A DNA stretch of 64,000 bases, taken from positions 32,001-96,000 of the forward strand of contig JBBRPR010000003.1 of assembly GCA_038227875.1 (NCBI GenBank), read 5' to 3'. The position numbers were made by a program, and so were the translations under genes. Of this stretch, positions 26,279 through 36,443 are shown piece after piece (positions within the stretch are counted from its first letter, which is position 1; every line of letters starts with the position of its first letter). The notes under the pieces were generated by a model. It did not search any database. It saw nothing but the letters and a program-made list of their open reading frames with translations, and was not told where the DNA came from. Origin of the DNA: Planctomycetota bacterium. Its GTDB lineage: Bacteria; Planctomycetota; SZUA-567; H5-PLA8.

Positions 26279-26797
26279 GTGAGCACTGGCAACGGCAAAA
26301 CAGTCAAGCCCGGCAGTCATCCCTTTGCCAAGAAGGATCCCAAGCCCACACGGGCGCGGCTGGTCAGCCTGCTGGATCCTCTGGGCCGCAAGCGCTACGG
26401 CGAAGTCGAACGCTTTCTCGCAACCGTGAACGGCGCCAACAGCGGCCTGTTCTATTACGGTACTGCGTGGGGCTGGGCGGTGCGATACCTGCTCGGCGCC
26501 AAAGCGACGCTCTGCACACTTCATCTCCTGCCGAATATGTTCGAGGCCACCGTGCCACTCGGCAAGGAAATGGATGAACCGTTGAAGGTGACGGAACTGA
26601 TCGCCGACCTGAAGCGCCGCATCACGCGCACCAAGGCACAGAACGGCACGCGCCACGTGCGCCTGCCGATCAAGAACGATGCTGACTACGCCCAGTTCCA
26701 GCAGTTGATCGGACTGAAGGCCGAAGCGCTCCGTTCGAAGAAGCCGGCCAAGGCCGCAAAGGCCAAGAAGGAAGAGCCGGCGGCGGCGGGAAAGTAA
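26279..26797 (+). CDS. DUF3788-like protein
   Basis: YYGTAWGWAVRY...KATLCTL motif; GGAGG RBS before GTG. Confidence 0.65.
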   Translation: MSTGNGKTVKPGSHPFAKKDPKPTRARLVSLLDPLGRKRYGEVERFLATVNGANSGLFYYGTAWGWAVRYLLGAKATLCTLHLLPNMFEATVPLGKEMDEPLKVTELIADLKRRITRTKAQNGTRHVRLPIKNDADYAQFQQLIGLKAEALRSKKPAKAAKAKKEEPAAAGK

Positions 26798-26849
26798 GAC
26801 GGCGGGAATCCCGACTCCGGCTCTTCGTTCAAAATCGGACTAGATTTCC

Positions 26850-27560
26850 ATGTCCTCCTCCGGCCTGTTCATTACTGGCACCGATACCGGTGTCGGCAAG
26901 ACGCTGGTGTCCTGCGCCATCGTCGCTCATCTTCGCTCTGAAAAAATCGATGCTGTCGGCTTCAAGCCCGTTGCGTCCGGTGCCGTCAACGGCCGCTGGG
27001 AAGACGCCGACTTTCTCCACACCGCCTCTGAAAAATGCGAGCCGCTCGAAGCGCTCTGCCCGCTGCGCTTGCTGCGGCCACTGGCTCCGACGCTGGCGGC
27101 GCGCCATGAACATCGCAGCGTGAATCTCGATCTCGCGCGGAATGCGCTAAGCGATCTGCGTTCGCGCCATTCCACCGTGATCGTGGAAGGCGTCGGCGGG
27201 TTGCTCGTGCCGCTGGATGAGCGCACGCTGGTGCTCGATTTTGTGAAGGAGCTGCGCTTCCCGGTGCTCGTCGTCTGTCGCGCGGCGCTGGGCACGATGA
27301 ACCACACGCTGCTGACGCTGCGGGAACTGGAGCGCGCGGGTCTCGCTCTGGCGGGAATCGTGATGAACACCACGCGTCCGGAAGATGCGGCCGTTGCGGA
27401 GGAGACGCGCGGCGAAATCGAGCGCATCGCGGGCGTGAAGATCGGGGCGGTGCTTCCGTATTTGGGCGCGTTGACGGATCCGGAGCAGCGATGGAATGCG
27501 GCCGGGGCGGAATTGGCGCGGCAGATTAAGATCAAGGAATTGGCAAAGGCCGGGTTTTAG
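26850..27560 (+). CDS. bioD: Dethiobiotin synthase
   Basis: FITGTDTGVGKT, FKPVASG, VEGVGGLLVPL, LGTMNHTLLT. Confidence 0.95.
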   Translation: MSSSGLFITGTDTGVGKTLVSCAIVAHLRSEKIDAVGFKPVASGAVNGRWEDADFLHTASEKCEPLEALCPLRLLRPLAPTLAARHEHRSVNLDLARNALSDLRSRHSTVIVEGVGGLLVPLDERTLVLDFVKELRFPVLVVCRAALGTMNHTLLTLRELERAGLALAGIVMNTTRPEDAAVAEETRGEIERIAGVKIGAVLPYLGALTDPEQRWNAAGAELARQIKIKELAKAGF

Positions 27561-27583
27561 CGGTTGGGGTGATGAGCAAGGTG

Positions 27584-27664
27584 TTTGCAGGCGGGACGCC
27601 TGCACCACAATTGGGTAAAGCGCTGCCGATCAAAAAATTGTGGTGCGGGCGTCTCGCCTGCAAA
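27584..27664. repeat. GTGG-type REP doublet
   Basis: TTTGCAGGCGGGACGCCTGCACCACAATT and inverted AATTGTGGTGCGGGCGTCTCGCCTGCAAA; related single copy at 37803-37829. Confidence 0.75.
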
Positions 27665-27752
27665 AATGTGGGGTCGACCCCCGCCAGCAATTCCACGTGA
27701 AATGAAACTCACACTTCACACCGTCCACCTCATCCCGTAGTCTCTAGTAGCA

Positions 27753-28532
27753 ATGCGACGAGCGATCATATCGGACATTCACGGCAACTGGGTTGCACTG
27801 GAAGCCACGTTGGCGGACTGCGAGGCGCAGAAGGTGGACGACATCGTCTGCCTCGGCGACATCTGCGGTTACGGCCCCGATCCGATTCAATGCATCGACC
27901 GCGCCCGCGCGGTCTCAAAATGGGTGCTCTGCGGCAACCACGACGCGGCGCTCTTTATGAGCACGCCGATCGGCTTCAATAAATTCGCGAAAGACGCGAT
28001 CGAATGGCAGCGCACGGTGCTCGAACCGCGCTGGTACAGTTTTCCGGCGAAGAAGAACCGCTGGCACTGGCTGGAAAATCTCCCGGCCAGCCGCACTGAA
28101 AACGATGTCCTCTACGTCCACGCCTCGCCGCGGGATCCGCTCATGGAGTACGTCGAAGAAGGCGACTTTGTCGATATGGGCTTCGGGCCGTCGACCAAGG
28201 CGCTCGAGATTTTCGAAAAAATTCAGCGCCTGAGTTTCTGCGGCCACAGCCACCGTCCGGGCGTCGTCGCCGACGACTACCGCTGGATCAAGCCCGCCGA
28301 ATTGCCAGACCTGCTCTACACGCTCCAGCCCGGCAAGACGCTGGTGAACGTGGGCTCCGTCGGCCAGCCGCGCGACGCCAACCCGCAATCGTGCTATGCA
28401 ATCTACGACAACGTCGCCAACACGATCCAGTTCCGCCGCGTCGCTTACGACATCCCCAAGGCGCAGGAACGCTTCAAGCGCGTCCCGCAGCTGAGCGAGC
28501 GGTTGTGGAAGCGTTTGGAAACGGGAAACTGA
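27753..28532 (+). CDS. Metallophosphoesterase (YfcE/MJ0936-like), intact motifs
   Basis: SDIHGN, LGDICGYG, GNHD, VHASP, GHSH, NVGSVGQPRD. Confidence 0.92.
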   Translation: MRRAIISDIHGNWVALEATLADCEAQKVDDIVCLGDICGYGPDPIQCIDRARAVSKWVLCGNHDAALFMSTPIGFNKFAKDAIEWQRTVLEPRWYSFPAKKNRWHWLENLPASRTENDVLYVHASPRDPLMEYVEEGDFVDMGFGPSTKALEIFEKIQRLSFCGHSHRPGVVADDYRWIKPAELPDLLYTLQPGKTLVNVGSVGQPRDANPQSCYAIYDNVANTIQFRRVAYDIPKAQERFKRVPQLSERLWKRLETGN

Positions 28533-28537
28533 CAGAT

Positions 28538-28623
28538 AGTTTTGAGTTGTGAGTTATTAGTTTTGAGTTGAGTTGCAGTCTGCGTAAGCAAAACTCAAAA
28601 CTCAAAACTACGAACTCAAAACT
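28538..28623. repeat. Inverted heptamer tandem repeats (TTTTGAG)n/(CTCAAAA)n between convergent genes
   Basis: agttttgagttgtgagttattagttttgagtt ... aaaactcaaaactcaaaactacgaactcaaaact. Confidence 0.75.
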
Positions 28624-28628
28624 GTTGT

Positions 28629-30350
28629 TTACGACATCACCTTCAACAAGTGCGGCAACAACTGTTTCTTGCGGCTCATCACGCCGGGCAAATCGAAGGT
28701 GCATTCGTCCAGGCGCGTGTAGTTGATGCGGTCGAGGATGCGTTTTTCGCCGACGCAGAGCATCATCGACGTCTCGCGCACGACATTGGTAACCAGCAGC
28801 GCGAAGAGATCGATCTCCTCTTCGCGGCGGAGCGTGCGCATTTCGCGCAGCAGTTCGCCGCGGTGCGCGAGGAAGTTTTCGAAGCCGACCTCCTCCACCT
28901 GCGCGACGGCAAACTTGTACTTCGCCGTGTTGTAATCCTTCTTATCGGCGCTGATGACCTTGCGTGGCGGCTGCGACGCGATGCTCGAACCGACCGAGAG
29001 AATTTCCTCCGACAGCGCCTTGCCGTCGGTTTCCGCGATTTCCTGCAGGTACTGGATCACGGCTTCGTCGCGCGGCGTGGTGGTGGGTGAGCGGAGCATC
29101 AGCGTGTCGGTGATCACGCCGCCCATCAGGATGCCAGCCATCGCCGGCGAGGGCGTGACGCCGAATCGGCGGAACTGTTCGGTCACCAGCGTGCACGACG
29201 ACCCGACAACTTCGTTGATGAACGTGATCGGCACCGACGTCTGCTGCGCGCCGAGGCGATGGTGGTCGAGCACTTCCATCAGCGGCACTTCCGACGCGCC
29301 GTCGATGGCCTGCGCCAGTTCGTTGTGATCGACGAGGATCAGCTTCATCGGCAGTTCGCGTTCCAGGCCTTCGCGCGAAAGCACGCCTTCGAACTTGCCG
29401 CGCTCGTCGACGACGGGGAAAATCTGTTCGCGTTCGCCGGAGATCGCGTCGCGCACTTCGCTCAGCTTTTCCTCCATGCCAAACGTCGGCACGTCGTCCT
29501 GGAGCATATGATCGGCCGGCGCGCTGAATTTCATGCGGCGTACCGTGGTGCCGGAATCGAAGTCGGTCTGCAAAATGGACGTGCCATTGGCGCGCGCCTG
29601 TTCGAGCACGCTCTGTTCGATCTCGTGGCTGCCGGTCACAATCATCAGACGCAGACGGAATTCCACCGCCAAGCGGTGGATCTCCGCGCGGTCGCCGACG
29701 ACCAGCGCCACGCGGTCGGCGTCGCGCTTGGACATGCGTTCGCGCAACGACGCTTCGCTCATGGCGCCCACGTACACCTGGAGCGTTTCGATCGAGCCTT
29801 CGCGGTAGAGCGAGAGTGCGCGGGCCTTGAGCACTTCAGCAATGTGCGCGATGCTGGTGTTGATTTCGCGGCCGACCAGGCCGGCGCCGGTTCCTTCGAA
29901 ATCGCTTTCGCCGCCGAGGTTCTGGATGATCATGCGGTCGGCGAGATCGAACAGGCTGACCATGCCCAGGTAAATGCCCTTGCCGTTGATCAGCGGAATG
30001 CGGTGGCGCCGGGAGCGCTGGAGCATCGAAAACGCTTCCAGCAGCGTCTGTCCGGCGGAGAGTGTCGGCGTGTGGCGGTCGACGACGTCTTTGACGCGCG
30101 GGTAGACGTCGGAAAGTTCGACGGGAAGCGGCACGTTGAACTTCTTGAAGAGAAATTCCGTCCGCGCGCTGGGCAGTCCGGCGCAGGCGGCCAGAACATT
30201 GGGCACGCCCAGCTGCCGCTTGAGATCCGCGTACCCCGCCGCCGCCGCGATGCTGTCGGTGTCGGGGTTCTTGTGTCCGATGACAATGATTTTGGGCGGC
30301 GGAGTCGGATGGTCGGACTTGCGCAGTCGTTCAGTAATGCGTTTGGACAT
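28629..30350 (-). CDS. ppaC: Mn-dependent family II inorganic pyrophosphatase with CBS and DRTGG domains
   Basis: GHKNPDTDS, CBS pair, VGDR (DRTGG), LVDHNE, LDHHR, GVMSRKKQLLP. Confidence 0.93.
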   Translation of the reverse strand: MSKRITERLRKSDHPTPPPKIIVIGHKNPDTDSIAAAAGYADLKRQLGVPNVLAACAGLPSARTEFLFKKFNVPLPVELSDVYPRVKDVVDRHTPTLSAGQTLLEAFSMLQRSRRHRIPLINGKGIYLGMVSLFDLADRMIIQNLGGESDFEGTGAGLVGREINTSIAHIAEVLKARALSLYREGSIETLQVYVGAMSEASLRERMSKRDADRVALVVGDRAEIHRLAVEFRLRLMIVTGSHEIEQSVLEQARANGTSILQTDFDSGTTVRRMKFSAPADHMLQDDVPTFGMEEKLSEVRDAISGEREQIFPVVDERGKFEGVLSREGLERELPMKLILVDHNELAQAIDGASEVPLMEVLDHHRLGAQQTSVPITFINEVVGSSCTLVTEQFRRFGVTPSPAMAGILMGGVITDTLMLRSPTTTPRDEAVIQYLQEIAETDGKALSEEILSVGSSIASQPPRKVISADKKDYNTAKYKFAVAQVEEVGFENFLAHRGELLREMRTLRREEEIDLFALLVTNVVRETSMMLCVGEKRILDRINYTRLDECTFDLPGVMSRKKQLLPHLLKVMS

Positions 30351-30508
30351 GGTTCCTCAACAATGGTGTGAGCTCTCGGTAATTCTCGTGGAAACGTTTT
30401 CAATTTCAACCGCAGCGCGGCTATGCCGCGCTTGCTTCGCGTGCGGGGCGCGGGTAAAAATGGGGATCGCGTTTTCACCACGCCAACTCATTCGACAGGA
30501 CTTTCACC

Positions 30509-31195
30509 GTGAGCATTCGTGCGTTTTTGTTCGACATGGATGGGCTGCTGCTCGACACCGAAGCGATCCATATCCGCGCGTATGCGGAATTGACGGCGCG
30601 GCTGGGCTGTCCGCAGTCGCACGAAACGCTCAAGCGCTTCATTGGGTACTCGCATCCCGTCGCCTGTCAGTGGCTGATGGACGAAGCAGGCTGCCCGGGT
30701 CCGATGGAAGAATTGATTGAAGCGGAGCAGGCGATTTACTTCGACATTCTCGAGAAGGAACGCCCGCGGCCGCTCTCCGGCGTCGGCGAGATGTTCGACG
30801 CGGGCGACACGCTGAAATTCGGGCGCGCGCTGGTTTCCAGCTCGGTCGGTTTCCAGGTCGATCCGACAATGCAGATCATCGCGACGCATCTCAAGCGGGC
30901 CGGCGGCTGGCGGGAGCATTTCCAGTCTGTCTGCACCGGCGACCGCGTCAAAGAGCGCAAACCCGCACCGGATCTGTATGAATTGGCAATGAAGGAACTG
31001 GGCCTCAGGCCCAACGAATGTGTCGCGTTCGAAGATTCGTCGGCGGGCATTCAGGCGGCAGTCAACGCGGGGCTGCGGGTCGTCGCGGTGCCGAATCTGC
31101 ACCTCAAACCCGACGAAGTGGTTCAAGGGCGCACGGAATATGTATACGACACCCTGTTGGAAGTTTCCCGCGACCTCGACCGCATCTTGAAGTAA
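30509..31195 (+). CDS. HAD-superfamily phosphatase (beta-PGM/CbbY-like)
   Basis: FDMDGLLLDTE, KPAPDLY, FEDSSAG. Confidence 0.9.
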   Translation: MSIRAFLFDMDGLLLDTEAIHIRAYAELTARLGCPQSHETLKRFIGYSHPVACQWLMDEAGCPGPMEELIEAEQAIYFDILEKERPRPLSGVGEMFDAGDTLKFGRALVSSSVGFQVDPTMQIIATHLKRAGGWREHFQSVCTGDRVKERKPAPDLYELAMKELGLRPNECVAFEDSSAGIQAAVNAGLRVVAVPNLHLKPDEVVQGRTEYVYDTLLEVSRDLDRILK

Positions 31196-31340
31196 ATCCC
31201 CACAGGTGTAGGCATTGCCCGCAGCGCTGTGATTTATGCGCTGCGCACGCAAAACTAGACACAGATTAGACTTATAAAAAGGCACGTCGTGTGGCACTCC
31301 GTTTGTTTATAGGAGCTCCGGAATGCTTGGAGACTTGACC

Positions 31341-31841
31341 ATGAAATTCACTCTGCTGACGTTGATCCTCGCCGTGATTCTCGCCGCCTGTTCCACCCGC
31401 GCTGCCGATACCGGAGACACGCAAGCCGAGCCCGTCGGCAACACGGCCGGCAAAATGGGCATGGGTGGAAAGGGCGCTTTCCGCCAGAAGTTGCTGGAAA
31501 AATTCGACGCAAACAAAGACGGCAAGCTCGAGCCCGATGAACTCGCCGCCGCGAAAGCCGCGATGAAAGAGAAGCTGCTCGCCAAGTTCGACACCAATCA
31601 CAACGGCACGCTCGACCCGGATGAACGCGCTGCGATGAAGGCGGCGATTGAACAGCGCCGCGCTCAACGACAGGCCCAAGGCGGACAGGGTCAGGCTGGA
31701 CAAGGCGGACGCCGCTTCGGCAAGGGGCACGCTGGCAACGCGAAGAAAACGACCAGCACCGATTCGACTTCGCCGAGCGATAATGACACCGTGCAGAAGG
31801 TCATTGATCAGATTGACGCCAAGCCGTCGGTGAAGTTCTAG
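31341..31841 (+). CDS. Secreted (possibly lipoprotein) EF-hand protein
   Basis: Signal peptide with LAAC; EF loops DANKDGKLEPDE and DTNHNGTLDPDE. Confidence 0.8.
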   Translation: MKFTLLTLILAVILAACSTRAADTGDTQAEPVGNTAGKMGMGGKGAFRQKLLEKFDANKDGKLEPDELAAAKAAMKEKLLAKFDTNHNGTLDPDERAAMKAAIEQRRAQRQAQGGQGQAGQGGRRFGKGHAGNAKKTTSTDSTSPSDNDTVQKVIDQIDAKPSVKF

Positions 31842-31868
31842 AACACCTTCAACTACACAACCCGTTGC

Positions 31869-31901
31869 CCCTGGAGCGAATTCGCTCCAGGGTCTTTCTT
31901 T
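31869..31901 (+). terminator. Rho-independent terminator
   Basis: CCCTGGAGCG-AATT-CGCTCCAGGG followed by TCTTTCTTT. Confidence 0.7.
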
Positions 31902-31951
31902 GGTACCGCGCACCAGTGGATTGTTGCTCGGTTTTATGATATTATGAAGCC

Positions 31952-32383
31952 ATGGAAAGCGTGGCTCTCGCCTCTAACGCCGTCCGCACTTCGACCATCG
32001 TCCTCTTCGACGACCGCTGTCCCATGTGTACGTTTCAATCGCGCTTGATGACGCGGCTGGACTGGCTGCATCGCCTGGAATTCGTGCCGATCTCCGATCC
32101 TCGCGTGCGAACGCTGGTTCCGGATGTGAAGCACGAAGAGCTGATGGCGTCGATGCATGTGCTGACGCCCAGCGGCAAATTGCATCACGGTGCACGCGGA
32201 ATCCGCTTCATCGCGGGACGCTTACCGTTGTTGTGGCTGGTCTGCCTGCTGTTGTGGGTGCCGGGTATGATTTACATCAGTGAATTTCTGTATCGCCGCG
32301 TCGCGAACAATCGATATTTGATCTCGAAGCTTTTCGGTTGCAAGACTGCTTGCGCAATAATGCCGCAAAAAAAGCCTAAATAA
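31952..32383 (+). CDS. DCC1/DUF393 thiol-disulfide oxidoreductase family
   Basis: VLFDDRCPMC (DxxCxxC) and YRRVANNRY. Confidence 0.85.
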   Translation: MESVALASNAVRTSTIVLFDDRCPMCTFQSRLMTRLDWLHRLEFVPISDPRVRTLVPDVKHEELMASMHVLTPSGKLHHGARGIRFIAGRLPLLWLVCLLLWVPGMIYISEFLYRRVANNRYLISKLFGCKTACAIMPQKKPK

Positions 32384-32585
32384 ACGCTATAATTCTTTCG
32401 ATCTAACACTGTGCACGACAAAGGCGTTGACATAAACGCTTTCTGGGCTATGAAATAGTGAGATTGGGTTCGTAAAATAACTGAATTCGCCTGACGGGCG
32501 CAAGTTTCGCTCTTGTCCGGTGGGATCGGTCGCTCGACGACAAGAATTTGCACCCAAGCGTGGGCTGATTGAGATTGCCGCGGTC

Positions 32586-34739
32586 ATGGCCATTTTCGAC
32601 GAAATCTCTGTCAAAATGCAGCTTGCGATGGGGCGCAAGTCGGTCGATGAATTCATCGACGAAGCGATCACAAACGACAGTCCCGGCACCATTTCTGTCC
32701 TGATCAAGAAACCGGAAGTCGCCGACCGCATCGACACCATTCTGGAGCTGGCGATCAAGAAGGGCGCGGTTAAGTCCTTCAAAGTCATCGCCGGCGCTCA
32801 GGGCGAAGAGAAATTCAATAAAGCCACCTCCAAAGGCAGCCACATTCCATCCCTGATTGCCCGCACCGGCAACATCGAGATGGTGCGCTCGCTGGCGGAA
32901 CTCGGCTACGACCTGAATTCACCCAGCCCTGAAGGCAAGACGCTGGCCTTCATCGCGCTGGAAGAAGGCAAGACGGAGCTGTTCAAATTCCTCGTCGAAT
33001 CCATTCACAAGCAGGACGAGAAGGCGCAGAAAGCCGGCAAGAAGAAGCCCGGCGAAAGCGCGCTCGACGCCTGCTTCCGTGACGTGCCGACGCTGATGGA
33101 ACTGGCGATCAAGGAACAGCGCCTGGATGAAGTGAAGCTGCTGCTGGCCAACGGCGCCAGCCCCAATCCGCAGCAGGAAGATCTTTCGGGCCTGGGCCGC
33201 ATCGAACGCATGCGCCGCGCGAAGGCCGGGAAGAAATCGTACGTCCAGATGGCGATCGAAGCGCAGGCCGCGCCGATGATCGAAGCGCTCGCGGAAGCCA
33301 AGGCCGATCTCAATCCGCCCGGCGTCTGCCTGCTGGAAGTGGCCCTCGGTTTCCCCGACATGTCGATCGTGAAATTGATTGCGCGCAAAATGGGCAAGGA
33401 CGCGGTCAATGCCGCGCGCGACGAGATGGGCAACTCGATGCTCAACCGCGCCGTGCTCGACAACAACCTGCCGATCGCGGAATTCTTCATGACCCTGCCT
33501 GGCGCGGACCTGGCAGCGCTGAATTTCAAGCACGTGACGCCGCTGTGTGAAGCGGCCAACAACACGCGCCTGGACCTGGTCGAACTGCTGATGAAAAACG
33601 GCGTCAGCATCAACCAGCCGGTCAATCCCGATACCAACCAGACGCTGCTGCACACCGCCGTGGCCAACCAGAATCTCCTTCTGGCGCAGTGGCTGATGCA
33701 CCGAGCCATCGACGTCAACGCCGTCGATGCGCACGGCAACACCGCGCTGGATCTGGCGGTGCAGGCGCGCAACATGAAGCTGATCGAACTGATCGTCGAC
33801 AGCGACCGGACGGACATCAATTCCGGCGCGACCAAACCAGAAGCCGGTCAGACGATCAAGAACACCGGTTCCACGATCTACCGCCGCCCACCGCTGCAAC
33901 TGGGCGTGCGGCTGATGCTCGAATCCAGCGACCTGCACCAGATGAACACGCTGGCCGATGTGGTGAACCTGCTGATCGATTTGGAAGCCGATGTCAACGC
34001 GCAGGATTCCAACGGCACGACGGCGCTGCATCTGATGGCTGTCGAGTTGGACAAGATCAAGGCACAGTGGGGCGCCCGCGCCGATCGCGCGCCAAACGTG
34101 CGCCGCATCCTCAAAGCGCTGATCAAGGCCGGCGCCGATCCGAACATCGCCGATTGCGAAGGCAAGCGCGCCATCGATCACGCACGCCAGGGCGCTCAGG
34201 ATTTGAAGATCCTCTTCGAGTCCGGCGACATCGAAATTCACGCACCGGAACAGTACGCCAGCGGCGAAGCAACGTTTGCCAACCGCGGCACCGCCGGCCC
34301 GCAGGGCGTGACGCAGACCGGCGTCTATCCGCGCCAGACGCCCATCCCGGGAGCTCAACCGGGCACGACGCAAACCGGAGTGTTTCCGCGCCCTGCCGCC
34401 TCACCGACCGGCACGACGGGATCGTTCCCGCGGCCCGCGCCTTCGCAGACCGGGACCACCGGCGCGTACCCGCGCTTGTCTCCCGTGCCCGTTCCGGCCA
34501 CCGGCACGACCGGCACGTTTCCACGCCAGGTGACGCAGACAGGTTCGTTTCCGCCCGCGACTGGAGCCGGATCCGGCGGCAGCGCCTCGCGCATTCCCGC
34601 GGCAACGCCAGGCCAGTCCGGTGTGCGCATGACCGGCCGCTTCAAGTTTGGCGAGGACGCCCCGCCGAAGTCGGAAGACGAAGCGCCGAAGACTCCGCCA
34701 CCCACACCGCCTGCACCGCCGCCGAATACTGGCTCTTAG
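32586..34739 (+). CDS. Ankyrin-repeat protein with repetitive Thr/Pro-rich C-terminal tail
   Basis: Multiple ANK motifs (TPLCEAA, TLLHTAV, GNTALDLA, GTTALHL, GADPNIAD). Confidence 0.85.
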   Translation: MAIFDEISVKMQLAMGRKSVDEFIDEAITNDSPGTISVLIKKPEVADRIDTILELAIKKGAVKSFKVIAGAQGEEKFNKATSKGSHIPSLIARTGNIEMVRSLAELGYDLNSPSPEGKTLAFIALEEGKTELFKFLVESIHKQDEKAQKAGKKKPGESALDACFRDVPTLMELAIKEQRLDEVKLLLANGASPNPQQEDLSGLGRIERMRRAKAGKKSYVQMAIEAQAAPMIEALAEAKADLNPPGVCLLEVALGFPDMSIVKLIARKMGKDAVNAARDEMGNSMLNRAVLDNNLPIAEFFMTLPGADLAALNFKHVTPLCEAANNTRLDLVELLMKNGVSINQPVNPDTNQTLLHTAVANQNLLLAQWLMHRAIDVNAVDAHGNTALDLAVQARNMKLIELIVDSDRTDINSGATKPEAGQTIKNTGSTIYRRPPLQLGVRLMLESSDLHQMNTLADVVNLLIDLEADVNAQDSNGTTALHLMAVELDKIKAQWGARADRAPNVRRILKALIKAGADPNIADCEGKRAIDHARQGAQDLKILFESGDIEIHAPEQYASGEATFANRGTAGPQGVTQTGVYPRQTPIPGAQPGTTQTGVFPRPAASPTGTTGSFPRPAPSQTGTTGAYPRLSPVPVPATGTTGTFPRQVTQTGSFPPATGAGSGGSASRIPAATPGQSGVRMTGRFKFGEDAPPKSEDEAPKTPPPTPPAPPPNTGS

Positions 34740-34828
34740 CTCTTGGCTCTTGGGCCTGTCGGTTTGCATTTTCCCCAATAATGAATAGCGATTAACCGCC
34801 AGGTCCAAGAGCCAAGAGCCGCCTCCCC

Positions 34829-35644
34829 ATGCTCACTTCTGATCTCAACGTGGTCCGCGATGTCGAGTATGCGCGCTACGGCGAGCGGGGGTTGCAGCTC
34901 GATCTTTACATTCCGCAAAGAGCGCTCTCGCCCAACGGCTTGTTACCGGTGGTGGCGTGGTTTGTGGGCGGCGGGTGGATGCTCTGCGATCGCAAGGTCG
35001 TCGCGCCCCTGTTTCTGACCGAACATGGCATCGCCGTGGCCTCCGTGACTTACCGCGTCAGCGCCGCGGCGAAAGCGCCGGCCAGCATTCATGACGCGAA
35101 AGCCGCAATCCGCTTCCTGCGCGCCAACGCGGCGCAATATGGCTTCGATCCCGGTCGCATCGGCGCGTTCGGGCAGTCGTCGGGCGGACACTTGGCGCTG
35201 ATGACAGCCCTGACGCCGCATCTTCCGGAACTCGAAGGCGACGGCGGCAACCCAGGCGTTTCCAGCGCCGTGGCCTGCATCGCGGACTTCTGCGCGCCGA
35301 CCGATCTGCGCCGCGTCGCCGAGCCGGACATGCGTGCACAGTATTCGATGCTCCACGATCTCACCGAGAAGTACCTCGGCGGTCCCATTGCGGACAAGGC
35401 GGAGCTCGCTCGGTTGATCAGTCCCATCGCACACGTGTCGAAGGACGTGCGGCCGCCTCCGCTGCTCATCATTCACGGACGCAAGGATTCAGTGGTGCCG
35501 ATCAGCGAAAGCGAACGGATGCACGCCGCTTTGCAGGCGGCGGGCGCGGACGCGGAGTTTTTCGTGGTGGAAGACGGGGAACACGTCTGGAACTGGAAGC
35601 TCACGCGCGAACGCGCGATCGATTTCTTTCTGCGCACGCTTTAG
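34829..35644 (+). CDS. Alpha/beta hydrolase (HSL/BD-FAE-like esterase)
   Basis: LDLYIP, VGGGW, GQSSGGHL, IIHGRKDSVVP, GEH. Confidence 0.9.
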   Translation: MLTSDLNVVRDVEYARYGERGLQLDLYIPQRALSPNGLLPVVAWFVGGGWMLCDRKVVAPLFLTEHGIAVASVTYRVSAAAKAPASIHDAKAAIRFLRANAAQYGFDPGRIGAFGQSSGGHLALMTALTPHLPELEGDGGNPGVSSAVACIADFCAPTDLRRVAEPDMRAQYSMLHDLTEKYLGGPIADKAELARLISPIAHVSKDVRPPPLLIIHGRKDSVVPISESERMHAALQAAGADAEFFVVEDGEHVWNWKLTRERAIDFFLRTL

Positions 35645-35892
35645 TTCGTGAACGTGAACGATCCGGGCCGGCCAAAGTTGATCGTGCAGATTCTGCCGTG
35701 ACGCGCGTACATCAGCGCATGCTGGTCGAGCGTGCGGGCGGTGATCACCGAGAGACTTTTGCTCATCTGGACCGCGCCGACGATCTTCCAGCCCATGCTT
35801 TGAAGGTGTTTCATCGATTCCGGAAGCGTGCAGCCGTAGATGTTGGCGAACACATTCAGGTTCGATTCGGGTATGCATTCATTCTTGCTCAC
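35641..35892 (-). CDS. Small hypothetical protein
   Basis: ORF with GGAGG 8 nt before GTG 35892; no recognised motif. Confidence 0.35.
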   Translation of the reverse strand: MSKNECIPESNLNVFANIYGCTLPESMKHLQSMGWKIVGAVQMSKSLSVITARTLDQHALMYARHGRICTINFGRPGSFTFTN

Positions 35893-35979
35893 GACCGTCG
35901 ACCTCCCCACGTCATCTTTTTCCGCATTCGATCCGACGGAAGAGATAAGGCGAAAGGCATGCCAAGCGGAGTGTGCGAA

Positions 35980-36300
35980 TTATTCGTGGTCCGCGGATTG
36001 CGCAGGTGCGTTTTCCTGTCGCAGCAAAAATAATCCTTCCGTCACGTCCTTCTGAAAATCGCTCAGTCGCACCTCCCGAAACGCGGTCGCCTCCTGAATC
36101 AGCTCGCGCCGACCGTCGCGATGCACGCGAAAACTGTGGTAGGTGAGGAGGCTCGACCCCACGGTGAGGATTTCGATTTCATAGCTTCCCATTTCATTCC
36201 ACCAGGGGTCGGAGCCTAGTGGCAGGCAGTGTCGCGATAAGGTTCCGATATACTTCTGACCCATCCGGATCAAATTTGTCGGCATATTTTCAGTGCTCAC
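35980..36300 (-). CDS. Hypothetical protein
   Basis: 106-aa ORF filling the gap, protein-like composition; no motif. Confidence 0.35.
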   Translation of the reverse strand: MSTENMPTNLIRMGQKYIGTLSRHCLPLGSDPWWNEMGSYEIEILTVGSSLLTYHSFRVHRDGRRELIQEATAFREVRLSDFQKDVTEGLFLLRQENAPAQSADHE

Positions 36301-36443
36301 TTTTCTTTTGAATCGGTTCGTTGTTCCGGATGCGGGGCGTGGAGCTTGCTGCTCGACTCCTTTTGCGCGCGGTATTCGCCGCGCGCCGCGGTGCAGTGGA
36401 ATGCGCCGTGATGAAAAAGAACAACTGCAGAGGAGAGTGTCGC

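Noticed and set aside
27689..27704. Second parS site
   Set aside because: Only the 12-bp core matches and the terminal TG/CA pairs are missing; mentioned as weak support only
31292..31306. Sigma54-like site TGGCAC-N5-TTGT before the EF-hand gene
   Set aside because: Conserved -12 GC is GT; insufficient alone
32427..32456. TTGACA promoter upstream of the ankyrin gene
   Set aside because: No convincing -10 hexamer at 17-bp spacing
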